IMG/VR virus record: IMGVR_UViG_3300048856_000127 | Span: 1 to 40,603 of that record | Length of the DNA stretch: 40,603 bases | Strand: one strand, 5' to 3' | From: a virus | Lineage: Duplodnaviria; Caudoviricetes | Part shown: positions 16,268-26,136 of the stretch, one piece after another | Position numbering within the stretch: position 1 is the stretch's first letter | Layout of the letters: every line of letters starts with the position of its first letter | Position numbers and translations under genes: made by a program | Notes under the pieces: generated by a model | The model's input: only the letters and a program-made list of their open reading frames with translations | The model's database searches: none | Told to the model about the DNA's origin: nothing

Positions 16268-16704
16268 TACGCAGCCGTGCCCCAGGTTTCAGCGCCGGAG
16301 ACCGCGACCGTGATGGTGGCCGTCATACGGTCATCGATCGGAATAGCCTTCGAGAAGCCGATGATCGAGGCTTCGTAGGTAACAGTCGGGCGCGGAGCGT
16401 CACCGGGGAACGTGATCCGATGCTCTACCGTCTCTCCGGATTCGAAGAGGTCGCGCAGAAGCACGTCGGTATCGCTCCCGGGCACCCAGTTGATCTCGAA
16501 CGAAGCTTCGCCATTGTCGATCAGGCCGGAAATGTACTCGCGGCGGCGATTGGGGCTCTGCATGTGGGTGGCGTCGATCCGGTCGGCCGTAGCTTCGCCA
16601 GGCGTCACGTTGATGACCTCTGCCACTTCGACAAAGGCAGGCGTCGTAAGGGACGCATCCCAGATTTCATAGATGGTGCCGTAGCCAATACGGGCGTCGG
16701 TCAT
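16267..16704 (-). CDS. Major tail tube protein
   Basis: IDATHMQSPNRRREYISGLIDNGE motif; gene position. Confidence 0.88.
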   Translation of the reverse strand: MTDARIGYGTIYEIWDASLTTPAFVEVAEVINVTPGEATADRIDATHMQSPNRRREYISGLIDNGEASFEINWVPGSDTDVLLRDLFESGETVEHRITFPGDAPRPTVTYEASIIGFSKAIPIDDRMTATITVAVSGAETWGTAA

Positions 16705-17075
16705 GGTGTTTCTCCATGGTGGATGATGAAGTCGAGTGAGATGCGGAACAGGCTGGAAACTTCCCCCGCGTCCGCAGCGGGCAAATCTCTTTCTCCGTCG
16801 AGAAAAATCCCTTGGATCAATCCTTGCGAATACCCCGAGAGGAGGCCTTTCACGGCGTCTGCGGTAGCCTCGGCAGACGTGAAAGTGTCTCCATAGACAT
16901 CAATCTGCACCCGGCTCGCCACGTACCCTGATGGACCACCCATGTGATAATTCGGGAGGCGAGTTGCGCGCTGCAGAAGGATGTACGGACGGCCCGAGAC
17001 AGTCTGCGGCTTGCGCAGCCAATAGCGCCGGCCACCAGCGACTGAGGCCAGCAAGGAGATCAGTATCTCTTCCAC
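16701..17075 (-). CDS. Tail terminator/completion protein (DUF3168-like)
   Basis: RVQIDVYG motif; GTG start at 17075. Confidence 0.8.
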   Translation of the reverse strand: MEEILISLLASVAGGRRYWLRKPQTVSGRPYILLQRATRLPNYHMGGPSGYVASRVQIDVYGDTFTSAEATADAVKGLLSGYSQGLIQGIFLDGERDLPAADAGEVSSLFRISLDFIIHHGETP

Positions 17076-17521
17076 TATTTGCCCCTTGCCGCCCTGCGGG
17101 CGAGCCGCTGCGCCGCCTGCTCGATGCGGAGCCACAGAGAATTTGCGATACGGTTCAACGTCGGCACCTTCTCTGTGTCCCATGCAGGTCGCATGAAAGG
17201 TTGGGCCGTATGGCGCTCATTGCCGAACTCCTGCTGGACGCCCGCGGGATCGTTCGTACCCATGAACATCTCCTGGAATGTCGGCTTGTTTTCTTCCCGG
17301 TGCAGGGCACGTTGCCGCTGGTTCAACTTTGTGGAAACGTCAATGCTTTCGTAGAGGTGATACTCGTCCTTCGGCGCCATCTGGCGAGCAGCACGCGCCA
17401 TGGGCTCAGCAGCATCACGAAGCACCTGCCGCAACGCCGCCTTCGCAGTAGCCTTGGGCAACTGCCCAAGAGCGCGATCGAGTTCCTTCAGTCCCTCAAT
17501 CTTGACCTTCATCTTCGCCAT
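17075..17521 (-). CDS. HK97 gp10-family neck protein
   Basis: IEGLKELDRAL...QEFG...AQPFMRPAWD. Confidence 0.88.
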   Translation of the reverse strand: MAKMKVKIEGLKELDRALGQLPKATAKAALRQVLRDAAEPMARAARQMAPKDEYHLYESIDVSTKLNQRQRALHREENKPTFQEMFMGTNDPAGVQQEFGNERHTAQPFMRPAWDTEKVPTLNRIANSLWLRIEQAAQRLARRAARGK

Positions 17522-17864
17522 GGTCTGCGTCCCGTACGGCCTTGATCACCAGGAACCGCCGTGGCGCGTCAGCATGCTCCATCTTCTCAGTGATCGACCA
17601 GACAGCGCCATCGTGGGAGATCCGGTCTGTCTGCTTTACATCGTCAGTTTGGCTGCTGCGCCGAACAGTGAACCGTGCCATCAGGAAGGCGCCGACTTGG
17701 CCGGCAGCCTCTTTCTCGCCCGAAGAGGCATCCTCGCGCTTTGCCCATACAGTGGCAAAGTCTCCCCATGTCTCGACCTGCTCGTTGAACTCATTCGGAA
17801 CGCTCGTCGCCCGCTGGACAGTAATCCTGCGGTTCAGCTCCTGAGCCGTCGGTGCGCTCGCCAT
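17496..17864 (-). CDS. Head closure/head-tail adaptor (SPP1 gp16-like)
   Basis: LNRRITVQR...W...ATVWA motif. Confidence 0.85.
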   Translation of the reverse strand: MASAPTAQELNRRITVQRATSVPNEFNEQVETWGDFATVWAKREDASSGEKEAAGQVGAFLMARFTVRRSSQTDDVKQTDRISHDGAVWSITEKMEHADAPRRFLVIKAVRDADHGEDEGQD

Positions 17865-18439
17865 CAGATCCCCATCGCTCTGTATTTGGAGGTGAGCTCG
17901 CGCTCAGCTCGGTCGAGGAAGTCCCAGTTCTCCCGAGCGGCTTCGTCAAGATGCTTCTGAACGCGCATGATGATCGCAGTCTGGATGTCTGCCGGAACCT
18001 CCGCCGCAGGCCAGCCCGCGACATACTCGATGGAAACCGGGGCATCCTCGTAAAGATCAACCGGAGCCGTGAAGGCATTGATGAAGCGCACATAGGAGCA
18101 ACCGTCGCCATCCCGCCGCAGCGAGTAATTGGCTGACGCAACCGTTGCGATCTGACCTTGATTGTTACGGTATTTGACCGAGGCGATAGAGGTGGCTGGA
18201 CGAATCTTCAGGCCCATCCTGCCCTCAAACCGCCCATAATCCTGGCGCCATGTCTGCTCCACGATCGCAATGCCGAGGACGCCGTTCCAGCCTTCGTAGT
18301 GCTCGACAGCAGCCTTGATCAGCCACTCGATCTCAGCGTCTCGGTCGGGTCCGTCAACGCCAAGCGCAAGTTTCACGTCTGGCACGGAAACAGGCAACGA
18401 AGCTGGCGCTGTCACGCGGACGGGACGAAACATGCTCAT
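17864..18439 (-). CDS. Head-tail connector (HK97 gp6-like)
   Basis: PVS..DVK..L, QTW and VPADIQTAI motifs. Confidence 0.85.
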   Translation of the reverse strand: MSMFRPVRVTAPASLPVSVPDVKLALGVDGPDRDAEIEWLIKAAVEHYEGWNGVLGIAIVEQTWRQDYGRFEGRMGLKIRPATSIASVKYRNNQGQIATVASANYSLRRDGDGCSYVRFINAFTAPVDLYEDAPVSIEYVAGWPAAEVPADIQTAIIMRVQKHLDEAARENWDFLDRAERELTSKYRAMGI

Positions 18440-18624
18440 TCGTCCTTCGCGCCTTCGGACTTCACCCTAGCCTTCGGCTCCTCCTTCTTAGAAACAGGCT
18501 TGGCCTCGGCGACGAGGCCTTTGGCGAGGAGCGGCTTCGCTTGCGCATCGCTCATCTCGACCGGACTGTTGCGCCGGAACACGGTGGAGCCGTGCCGGAA
18601 TGTCTTCAATGCAGTGAGTTTCAT
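18436..18624 (-). CDS. Small head-associated hypothetical protein
   Basis: MKLTALKTF..., directly after the capsid gene, AGGAGAG RBS. Confidence 0.65.
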   Translation of the reverse strand: MKLTALKTFRHGSTVFRRNSPVEMSDAQAKPLLAKGLVAEAKPVSKKEEPKARVKSEGAKDE

Positions 18625-18648
18625 GGCTTCTCTCCTTCGGTTCATAGA

Positions 18649-18670
18649 GAGGGCAACCGAAGTTGCCCTC
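18649..18670 (-). terminator. Hairpin after the major capsid gene
   Basis: Minus strand GAGGGCAAC-TTCG-GTTGCCCTC (cUUCGg tetraloop). Confidence 0.6.
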
Positions 18671-18689
18671 CTTGATGAGCCGAGCTTGA

Positions 18690-19901
18690 TCAGGGAGCGG
18701 GAACAGCCGTACCGAATGCTCCGGTAACGAACGCTTCCGGGCGCTTAACGGCGAGGGCGAGACGCTCCTCGCAACGAACCGAGATCATGTTCTTCTCGAA
18801 GTCGTCGACGTTTTCCGTGGAGATAACGACGTTGGCCTCCTCACGGTCAAAGATCTGAGCGCCGGTCTGGAACGCACCAGCCAGGAACTCGCCTTCGAAC
18901 TGCGGAATCTCCGTCTCGACAACCGGGCGCCCCCAGAGAGTCGGGCCGGCAATACGAAGAGGGTTGGCGAGGATGTAGCCGCCGGTCGTATCCTTGGTCA
19001 GTTCGATCTTCGCCCAGTCGGTGAAATGGACCACGAAGCCATCGATCGGCAGGCGGGCAAGTTGTGCTTGCAAGATGGCGAGACGCAGATCATCGATGGC
19101 TGTGCGTGCCGCCGGAGCGAATGCCGGAGCAAACGCAGAGGCCTGCGGAACGATACCTTCTAGATGGCCACCCGTACCGGAGCCGAACAGGATTTCCTGC
19201 TCTTCGACGTACTTCAGGCCATACCGCATTTCGGCATCGATCATGGACTGCAGCTGTGCGAAGTCGTCCATGATCTGCTTCGACGCCTTGAACATATGCG
19301 CGATCGTCACAACCGGCGTGATCTTGGTGGCGAATTCGATATCGGAATAGGGCTTCGCAGTGTTTTCAGCGACAACCGCAGCAGCATTGGTGAACCCCGT
19401 CTGCTGCACCCAGAAGATAGCGGGCGACGTGGTGCGGCCGCCGGCGATCAGGTCACGAATGAACAGCCGCTGCTTCGGCATAACATCGATGCCAGGCAGG
19501 CGCTGCGGCTCCACGACACCGGTCGCGATGTCGGTGCTGATCACGTTCTTTACCGGGACGCTGACGCGCCGCCCCCCCTGAACGCTCTGCGCGAAGTCCT
19601 TCATCGCCTGATTTTCGACAGCCTGCTGCCCGATGGACCTCATGCCGTCGTCTGCGTTGCCACCGCGGCGAGCGCCCTTCTGCTCGACTTCACCCAGACG
19701 AGCCTGGAGATCTTCGAGCTTGCCCGAAAGCTGCGTCTGGGATGTCGCCAGCTTGTCGACTTCTGACTTAGTCTGTTCCGACATCTTGCCGGTATTCTTG
19801 ACCTCGGTCAGGCATTCTTCTGCCTTCCGGCTGAACTCGTCGTTTACGCGTGAAAGGTCGTTCGTTACCTGCTTCAGCAGGTCGCGTACTTCATCAGCCA
19901 T
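18690..19901 (-). CDS. Major capsid protein, HK97 fold
   Basis: N-terminal coiled-coil delta domain; EEQEILFGSGTG, LWGRPVV and EERLALAVKRPEAFV motifs. Confidence 0.96.
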   Translation of the reverse strand: MADEVRDLLKQVTNDLSRVNDEFSRKAEECLTEVKNTGKMSEQTKSEVDKLATSQTQLSGKLEDLQARLGEVEQKGARRGGNADDGMRSIGQQAVENQAMKDFAQSVQGGRRVSVPVKNVISTDIATGVVEPQRLPGIDVMPKQRLFIRDLIAGGRTTSPAIFWVQQTGFTNAAAVVAENTAKPYSDIEFATKITPVVTIAHMFKASKQIMDDFAQLQSMIDAEMRYGLKYVEEQEILFGSGTGGHLEGIVPQASAFAPAFAPAARTAIDDLRLAILQAQLARLPIDGFVVHFTDWAKIELTKDTTGGYILANPLRIAGPTLWGRPVVETEIPQFEGEFLAGAFQTGAQIFDREEANVVISTENVDDFEKNMISVRCEERLALAVKRPEAFVTGAFGTAVPAP

Positions 19902-19935
19902 AACGGCCTCCTATGATGTTGGTTGATACGGGCGC

Positions 19936-20790
19936 TTACGCCCTCGTTAGGCTCAACCGTGCCGCTGCCAGTCGCAGAGCATCGATTGCATCGTGGTCAG
20001 CGCTCGGCGTGACGTGATCGGAGGCAGCGCCCGGCATACCTTCGACAAGCTCTTTCATCAGCCTGCGACGCTCTGCACGCGGCAGAGGCTTGCCAGACGC
20101 AAGCGCGGCTTCGAGGCGATAGAGAGCGGGCGCGGAATTGGTCGCGCCGCCCTCCTGAATATCAAAATCAGCGGTAAGGTCCGCGAACCCCTTATCTACG
20201 GCGCCCTGGCCCGCCATCCACGTTTCCGCGTCAAGCATCGCCTTCACGTCGTCGACGCTGTTGCCCGTGCGCTCTGCATACATCTCTGCCGCAGCTTGAT
20301 CGAACACTGCCATGATCTCGCCGGTCTCGTTCATGACGTGGCGATCGCCGGCCGCTACCCACTGCGTGTTGTGGATCATCATGAAGCCGAGCTTGGCGAT
20401 CTGTATTTCATCAGCTGCCATGGCGATCACAGACGCTGCCGATGCAGCAATGCCAAGGATCTGCACCGTCACCCTCGACGGATGAGCCCGTAACATGTTG
20501 TAGATCGTCACGCCTTCGAAGAAGTCGCCGCCAGGCGAGTTGATGACGACGGTTACGGGCTTGTTGCCGATCTGGCGAAGTGCAGCCCCAACCCGCTTTG
20601 CGGTCACACCCTCACCTGTCCAAAAATCGTAGCCGATCACGTCGAGGATGCTGATCACGTCAGAACCATCGGCCTCTACGGCCTGCGGACGCTCCATGCG
20701 CTTGAACATGGTTGCAGCTTTTTCGGTGGTGTGAGCGGAGCCGGTCAAGCCTTCCGGGCAACGCAACTCGGGCAGTTTGCGGAGGCTCAT
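19936..20790 (-). CDS. Prohead protease, ClpP-like
   Basis: INSPGGD, GIAASAASVIAMA, MMIHN and ETWM motifs. Confidence 0.93.
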   Translation of the reverse strand: MSLRKLPELRCPEGLTGSAHTTEKAATMFKRMERPQAVEADGSDVISILDVIGYDFWTGEGVTAKRVGAALRQIGNKPVTVVINSPGGDFFEGVTIYNMLRAHPSRVTVQILGIAASAASVIAMAADEIQIAKLGFMMIHNTQWVAAGDRHVMNETGEIMAVFDQAAAEMYAERTGNSVDDVKAMLDAETWMAGQGAVDKGFADLTADFDIQEGGATNSAPALYRLEAALASGKPLPRAERRRLMKELVEGMPGAASDHVTPSADHDAIDALRLAAARLSLTRA

Positions 20791-21983
20791 TGGCCGTTCT
20801 CCTTTCCGGCGTCCGTAATTGGGACGTTCTGCATTTGGGTGCGCGGCGTGTTGCCGCCCTCGACAGGCGCAAGGCCTTCCAGCCTGCGGACCTCGTTGAT
20901 GGTGATGACACCTGCATTGAGAAGCGCTGTGTAGAACGCGGAGCGAGCTGCAGTGTCTCCGCGGAGGAGGTCCTCGTAATTGAACCTGACCTTGAAACGG
21001 CGCCGTTCCTCAGGCGTCATGATCCGCTTGGAAATGGCCTTCTCGATCCGCTTCAGGTACGAGCGGAGGCCAAGATTGAGCCAGCTCTGCATGATGGCGG
21101 ACACGCCGGTGCCCCACATCGTCTGGCCTTCGGCAGCGTGCCCGATGATGATCGGTGGCGTCCCCAGCCAGCGGCAGATTTCCTCGACGTTGAACCGGCG
21201 ATTCATCAGCATCTCAGCATCACGCGGGTTAATGTTCACCGGTTTGAAGTCGACCCCGGCCTCAAGAATGCCAACACCGGGCGCATTTGGGCCGCTGTAG
21301 CGTTCCGCAAAGTTCTTCTTGGCCTGCTCGCGCTGCTCCGGCGTGAGCTGGTTCGGGAAAGTGAAGAAGCCCTTGGCCCTCATCCCGTTTCCGAACATCT
21401 GTCCAGCAGCCCGTTCCGAGGCGATCGACGTTCCGAGTGTCTGCCTGGCATACTCGACAGGGGACATGCCGACATCTCCGTCACCAAAGGCCTTCAGGTG
21501 GAAAACCTTCTTTTCTGGCAGCTCTATTGTCTTGCCCCGGTCATTGAACTTGTAGCGAAGCTCTCCCGTCCTCAGTCGCTCAACCGTTGTGTCGTAAGGC
21601 ATCGGGTTAAGGGCGATAAGTCGGTCACCCTGGTAGACCTTCTCAGCGAATCCGTTGCCCGACGTGCAAAGACCAAGAACGCGGCCTTCCCAAAATTCGA
21701 TCGAGGTCTGATCGGCATTCGGATTTTCGTCCAGAAGCTCCTGAAGCGGGTGATCGCCGACCCGGACACGGGCGCCGTCAGCCCGTCGCTCCATAACCTC
21801 CAGCGATAGGCTGGCAATGGTCTGTGCAGTGACACGCGTGCAGGCCCAGAACGCTGACAGGTTGAGCGCGCCATGCGCCGAGACCTGCTCACCGGACCAT
21901 GTGTCACCACCGCCAAAGTACTCGTACAGTTCCCCGTCACGAGCCGTCAGCTTCTTGCCAAACAGGCGTTTCCACAGACCCAT
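20787..21983 (-). CDS. Portal protein, HK97 family
   Basis: GMSP, ILEAG, EEICRWLGTPP and TINEVRRLEGL motifs. Confidence 0.95.
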   Translation of the reverse strand: MGLWKRLFGKKLTARDGELYEYFGGGDTWSGEQVSAHGALNLSAFWACTRVTAQTIASLSLEVMERRADGARVRVGDHPLQELLDENPNADQTSIEFWEGRVLGLCTSGNGFAEKVYQGDRLIALNPMPYDTTVERLRTGELRYKFNDRGKTIELPEKKVFHLKAFGDGDVGMSPVEYARQTLGTSIASERAAGQMFGNGMRAKGFFTFPNQLTPEQREQAKKNFAERYSGPNAPGVGILEAGVDFKPVNINPRDAEMLMNRRFNVEEICRWLGTPPIIIGHAAEGQTMWGTGVSAIMQSWLNLGLRSYLKRIEKAISKRIMTPEERRRFKVRFNYEDLLRGDTAARSAFYTALLNAGVITINEVRRLEGLAPVEGGNTPRTQMQNVPITDAGKENGQ

Positions 21984-23698
21984 CAGACGAACACCGCGTT
22001 GGAGATGATATCACTCATGTCGACTGGGCTCGCAGCTTCTGGGTTCTGGAACATCAGCATGGCCGCATTGAAGAGGGCCATGAGGAGATCGATTTTCGCG
22101 GCGCCAGATACTTCCTTGGTCACCACGTAATTGCTGCCGCGCAGCGTCTGCTTGGCATTGCCGACCGACCAGGCCATCATCGGCTGATCCCCGTGAAGGA
22201 AGCGACCATCCTCCAGCTTGAGAGGTACGGAGGAGATGGCCGTCTGGAGCTTCCATCCCTGCGCGATCGCTTGAACGAGTGGCTGAACCAGGCCGACGCC
22301 TTCGAGAGCGTCAAGAAGCAATGCAATGCCGGCACTGTCGAGACCGATACCGCCTTGCTCAGGCAATAGACCGCTCTTGAATACACGAAGGCAGATTTCT
22401 GCAGCAGCTTCGGCCTGCTCTTCGCCGGAGCCCGCGATCTCCAGATCTCCGGCCTCTTCGAAGGCGCGGAGACGAGGGGCGATGCTCTTCCGCTGCTCAA
22501 AGACTGTCTTGCGAGCCCAGGCCCTGCCCCAACCAAGCCACCGCTTGGTGTGCCTCTCGCGACCGATGACGTACAGCGCCGCCAAGTCATCAGCACCACC
22601 CCAGTCTATCCCGATCGAGCAAACCTCCGATCGCTGCAGGAGCACATCGAGGCCGGTAAGCTTCGGATCGATGCAGTTCTGCCAATGCAGAGCGCCTGAC
22701 CATCCGTCTCCTCCAAGCCCAACACCAATCTCGATGTTGAGGTGCTGACTCGCCCAAATCTGCTCAGCCTCTTTCGAGACCTTGCCATTGTTCTCGTAAT
22801 CGTCGATCAGCGCCTGCGGATCGATCGAGCGCCCTATGTTCGGAAGGATCAAGTCCCAGTTCTTTGGGTTACGCCAGAACTCCTGATCAAGCTGCTTCTC
22901 AACCGGGTACTCATAAAGGACGGGCAACATGATTGGCGACCTGCCGCCCTTACCGTCCCGGATCTTACGAGCCTTGTCCAACTCAGTACGCCAGATGCCG
23001 GCGGGCGGTTCGTCGGATTGCGTGGTGATCATCAGCAAACGACCGCGCTGCTTCGTGATGCCGCCTCCGCGGATCTGCTGCATGACGGCTGCAGCTTTGG
23101 CCTTCTTGCCGAGCTCGTGCACCTCGTCGATGATCGTCATGATGGGGATTTCCCCGGTCACGATCGACGTGTCGAAGGTCTTCACATCGAGCGACGTTCC
23201 CGTCTTGTAGCGGGTGATCGTTTTGGTGTGGTCCTGAACCTTGAAGATCGTCTCTAGCTTCGGATCGAGGCGGATCATCCCCTGCGCCTGGTCGAAGCAG
23301 CGCTCCGAGATGTTCTGGCTGGGGCCTACCAGAAGCATCTGCCGGTTAGGTGCCTCGATGATGTAAAGCGCTGTCAGGGCAAGGCCGGCGACATATGTGG
23401 TCTTCGAGTTCTTCTTCGGGACCATGCAGAGTAGTTCCCACACAGTGGGAAGGTGGGTTTCAGGATCCTCACTGGCGAGAAAAACCGCCAGCATATCACG
23501 GAACCAGTCTCCGCATGCCTCGACCAGCGGCGGGTTTCCGGGGACGTCCGGCAGACGAAGGCGGTTGAAGAACGCGATTGCCTTGCCGGCCTTGACCTTG
23601 TCGTATGGCACATCCGCCATGGGCGTCTGCCCGGCCAGCAGCTTTTCCCACCAGTCGGGGCAAGCAAAGCGAGGCAGATCCTCGTTAGTGTCGAGCAT
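21983..23698 (-). CDS. terL: Terminase large subunit
   Basis: Walker A-like VPKKNSKTT, Walker B IIDEVH, ITT motif, nuclease GIDWGGADD and KID. Confidence 0.95.
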   Translation of the reverse strand: MLDTNEDLPRFACPDWWEKLLAGQTPMADVPYDKVKAGKAIAFFNRLRLPDVPGNPPLVEACGDWFRDMLAVFLASEDPETHLPTVWELLCMVPKKNSKTTYVAGLALTALYIIEAPNRQMLLVGPSQNISERCFDQAQGMIRLDPKLETIFKVQDHTKTITRYKTGTSLDVKTFDTSIVTGEIPIMTIIDEVHELGKKAKAAAVMQQIRGGGITKQRGRLLMITTQSDEPPAGIWRTELDKARKIRDGKGGRSPIMLPVLYEYPVEKQLDQEFWRNPKNWDLILPNIGRSIDPQALIDDYENNGKVSKEAEQIWASQHLNIEIGVGLGGDGWSGALHWQNCIDPKLTGLDVLLQRSEVCSIGIDWGGADDLAALYVIGRERHTKRWLGWGRAWARKTVFEQRKSIAPRLRAFEEAGDLEIAGSGEEQAEAAAEICLRVFKSGLLPEQGGIGLDSAGIALLLDALEGVGLVQPLVQAIAQGWKLQTAISSVPLKLEDGRFLHGDQPMMAWSVGNAKQTLRGSNYVVTKEVSGAAKIDLLMALFNAAMLMFQNPEAASPVDMSDIISNAVFV

Positions 23699-24173
23699 TG
23701 TGGGAGGCTTCCCGCTCAAGTTCGGCCATCAGGTCGGCGTCGGCATCACGGGCTCGGATTTCATCGAGCTGCTTCTTGCCAAGCCGCTCGGCGGCTGCTG
23801 GCTTTTCATCCGGCTTAGGGGCAGCGCCCAACTCACGCTCTACTTCCATGCGATCATTGCGATCCATGAGCTTTCCGAACTCGCGCATTGCTCCGACGTT
23901 TCCACCCTTCGCCAGCTCCCAAGCGAGATCGAGACGAGCACCTTCCAGGCGGTCACGAGCAAGGTCACGCTGACGCAGCTGCTGAAAATAATTCTTCCGC
24001 AAAGTCGGTTGCGTGATGCCGAGCGCGTTTGCGATCCGCACATTGCTCCAACCCATCGCCAATAACAGCATGACTTTGTTGCGATTTTTCTCCGTCGCGA
24101 TGTGTGGCGGCCGGCCGCGTTTTCCCCATCCTTCCGGAATGGGGTCGCCGAGCAGGTCAAAATTCGTGCTCAC
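23685..24173 (-). CDS. terS: Terminase small subunit
   Basis: GRPPH plus HTH (IANALGITQPTLRKNY); directly upstream of terL. Confidence 0.8.
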   Translation of the reverse strand: MSTNFDLLGDPIPEGWGKRGRPPHIATEKNRNKVMLLLAMGWSNVRIANALGITQPTLRKNYFQQLRQRDLARDRLEGARLDLAWELAKGGNVGAMREFGKLMDRNDRMEVERELGAAPKPDEKPAAAERLGKKQLDEIRARDADADLMAELEREASHNARH

Positions 24174-24255
24174 GAGAAAAAAATCTCCGAATGAGAGGGG
24201 CGCGGGTCCAGAAGGAAGGGCCTGCCAGACTTTTGACCCACCCCCCCCCTCCCGT
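24174..24255. other. Probable cos/packaging region
   Basis: Non-coding stretch between the HNH gene and terS, with a G-run and T-run on the minus strand as usually flank 3' cos sites. Exact cut site not determinable. Confidence 0.4.
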
Positions 24256-24259
24256 TGGG

Positions 24260-24430
24260 TTAGGACCGGCTGACCCTGCGTTGCCGACTGATCGCCAGTC
24301 GCTCCGGCAACAGCTCGTCATAGTGGGCAATGGTCTCTTTGAAGAAAGCACGGAACTCACCGAGTTCGCGGCGTACATCTGCTAGCTCACGCTCTACCGC
24401 TGCGAGCCTCTGATCGGCGTCATTAGCCAT
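24260..24430 (-). CDS. Hypothetical 56-aa protein (not in ORF track)
   Basis: MANDADQRLAAVERELADVRRELGEF... translated by hand, directly after the HNH gene. Confidence 0.55.
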   Translation of the reverse strand: MANDADQRLAAVERELADVRRELGEFRAFFKETIAHYDELLPERLAISRQRRVSRS

Positions 24431-24436
24431 GCATCA

Positions 24437-24802
24437 TCACCGGGCCTGCGCCCGCTCCTGCTTCTGCTTCTCGCTGTCGTGGTAGGCTTTGCTCACGCAC
24501 TGCAGGTTCGAGGGATCGAAGAACAACCGCTCATCACCGCGATGCGGACGGATGTGGTCAACTACCGGACTGTTTGGCGCTGGATGCTTCCCGATGCAGA
24601 GAACGCCAGTCTGCTGGCATGTGTATTTGTCCCTGATCAGGATCTGCTGCCGGAGCTTCTGCCACCGTTGCTGCTTGTACCAGCTGCGCCACGATACGCT
24701 CTGATCACGCTCGCGTAGTCTGGCCTGCTCATCACCAGGCGCTCTGCCTATGCGGGGAGGAAGCGATCCGATCCTCGGCTGCAGCGTCTTGAGCCTACCC
24801 AA
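24437..24802 (-). CDS. HNH endonuclease (HK97 gp74-like packaging cofactor)
   Basis: VDHIRPHRGD...NLQCV..YHD motifs; TTG start with GGAGGT RBS; adjacent to terS. Confidence 0.9.
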   Translation of the reverse strand: MGRLKTLQPRIGSLPPRIGRAPGDEQARLRERDQSVSWRSWYKQQRWQKLRQQILIRDKYTCQQTGVLCIGKHPAPNSPVVDHIRPHRGDERLFFDPSNLQCVSKAYHDSEKQKQERAQAR

Positions 24803-24829
24803 AGCGCCACCTCCAAGGCTAGAAAAGCG

Positions 24830-24862
24830 AAACCCGCCGAGCGTTTCCGCTGGCGGGTTTTT
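24830..24862. terminator. Intrinsic terminator at the head of the late operon
   Basis: AAACCCGCCGAGCG-TTTC-CGCTGGCGGGTTTTT stem with A/T tracts on both sides. Confidence 0.65.
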
Positions 24863-24929
24863 CAAGTCCTTTTTGAACATGCACAAGATGCACCAAACAC
24901 CGGTCGCAGGTCAATTGCCCTTATGAATT

Positions 24930-25712
24930 TTATTCCGCTGCAATATCAAAGGCGTATTCAGCAACCTCATCTTTCCGCATGGGCGCCCATGGGTGCAGTT
25001 TTGGCCGGAAGGGCATCAAATCATGGCTTTGTAGCCTACCATGCAGCGAGTCATGGATCGCTTCCAAAGCAGATTGCCACAGCTGCCAATCGAGCCTGGA
25101 GATCAGATCGCCGCGGATGGAACGGGTAAGACGGTACTTGTGGTAGGCACCTTTCATCGGGCGGCGCTTGCGGTAGTCGAACCCATCGTCTTCGTACTCA
25201 TAGATGCGCCCCAGACTGTCTTTTGCCTTCCGCTTGATGAACCACGCTGCATTCGTCCCATTGTAGCTGTACGGCTTCACCTTCGGCTGGATTGCTTCCC
25301 AGTCAGGCCCCTTACCCAGAACGGCGCAGCTGATCACGAGGTTGGCAACGTAGAGGCTGTCCTTCATTGCCGCATCGAGCGTAGCAATGATCTGGTCGAC
25401 TTCCCGCGCAATCACCCCATGCTCGTCAATCCAATCCGGGAATGGCCGAGCCGGCAGAAGGATCTCGAAACCTCCGCGCCTGGATAGATCACTGACGGCC
25501 TGTCCAACCGAAACCGCGTCGGGATGAGGAACGTGTACCTTCAGCTGATCCCACGGCGTCCCCTTTCCATCAATCATGCACCCGAGCAAAGCAACCTGAT
25601 CGAAGGCGTAGGATGAGGATGCAAAGCCATCCGGGCCATCGTCGCGGCCGGTGAGTGACAGTTCTTCAACAAACGCCCATGTCAAAAGAGCCTCGATCGT
25701 GATCTTCTTCAT
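24930..25712 (-). CDS. Conserved phage protein at the late-regulator (Q) position
   Basis: 260 aa; last early gene before the terminator and packaging genes. Function inferred from position only. Confidence 0.65.
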   Translation of the reverse strand: MKKITIEALLTWAFVEELSLTGRDDGPDGFASSSYAFDQVALLGCMIDGKGTPWDQLKVHVPHPDAVSVGQAVSDLSRRGGFEILLPARPFPDWIDEHGVIAREVDQIIATLDAAMKDSLYVANLVISCAVLGKGPDWEAIQPKVKPYSYNGTNAAWFIKRKAKDSLGRIYEYEDDGFDYRKRRPMKGAYHKYRLTRSIRGDLISRLDWQLWQSALEAIHDSLHGRLQSHDLMPFRPKLHPWAPMRKDEVAEYAFDIAAE

Positions 25713-25738
25713 GCTGAGACACCCTCTCCAGCCTCTTC

Positions 25739-26055
25739 CGTCCCAAATTCGAAGCTATCGACCCAAATCGAAAGCTTGCGTCCCAAAACGTTGAAGAAGG
25801 CACAATTGATTTTATTGAGGAATTTCAAAAGTTGGGACGATAGGGACGCTAGGGACGATAATTTACCGTGCCTATAGCGCGAGACGGTTTTTGTTTTCTG
25901 TCTATGGCCTCCTCCTTCATTGCACGCGCACGCGCTACATAAGGCGGAAACTATCGTCCCTAGCGTCCCTAGCGTCCAAACCCATTGATTTCCCACACCC
26001 TTTGATTGGGACGGAAGCGGCAGGACCATCATTCCATCGTCCCTACCGTCCCAAA
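25739..26055. repeat. GGGACG/CGTCCC iteron cluster, probable replication origin
   Basis: About 12 copies, including 9-bp-period triplets at 25834-25857 and inverted at 25955-25978, 20-bp-spaced copies at 25739-25784, and an AT-rich spacer. Confidence 0.7.
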
Positions 26056-26136
26056 TATGACCGTTTCGGCGGCGCGATGGGCCTTTGAAGCGGTGGGTGA
26101 CCGTGAGCGCAAAGCAAGGGGTCCGGGTACGCACGG

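Noticed and set aside
20712-21809. 365-aa plus-strand ORF, and similar long antisense ORFs at 9831, 12184, 14863, 28505 and 29532
   Set aside because: These are shadow frames opposite well-supported genes in GC-rich DNA, with no motifs.
25832-25980. Second guide-like array
   Set aside because: The period is 9 nt, the units are near-identical and present in inverted orientation, which fits iterons rather than GGY-NN.
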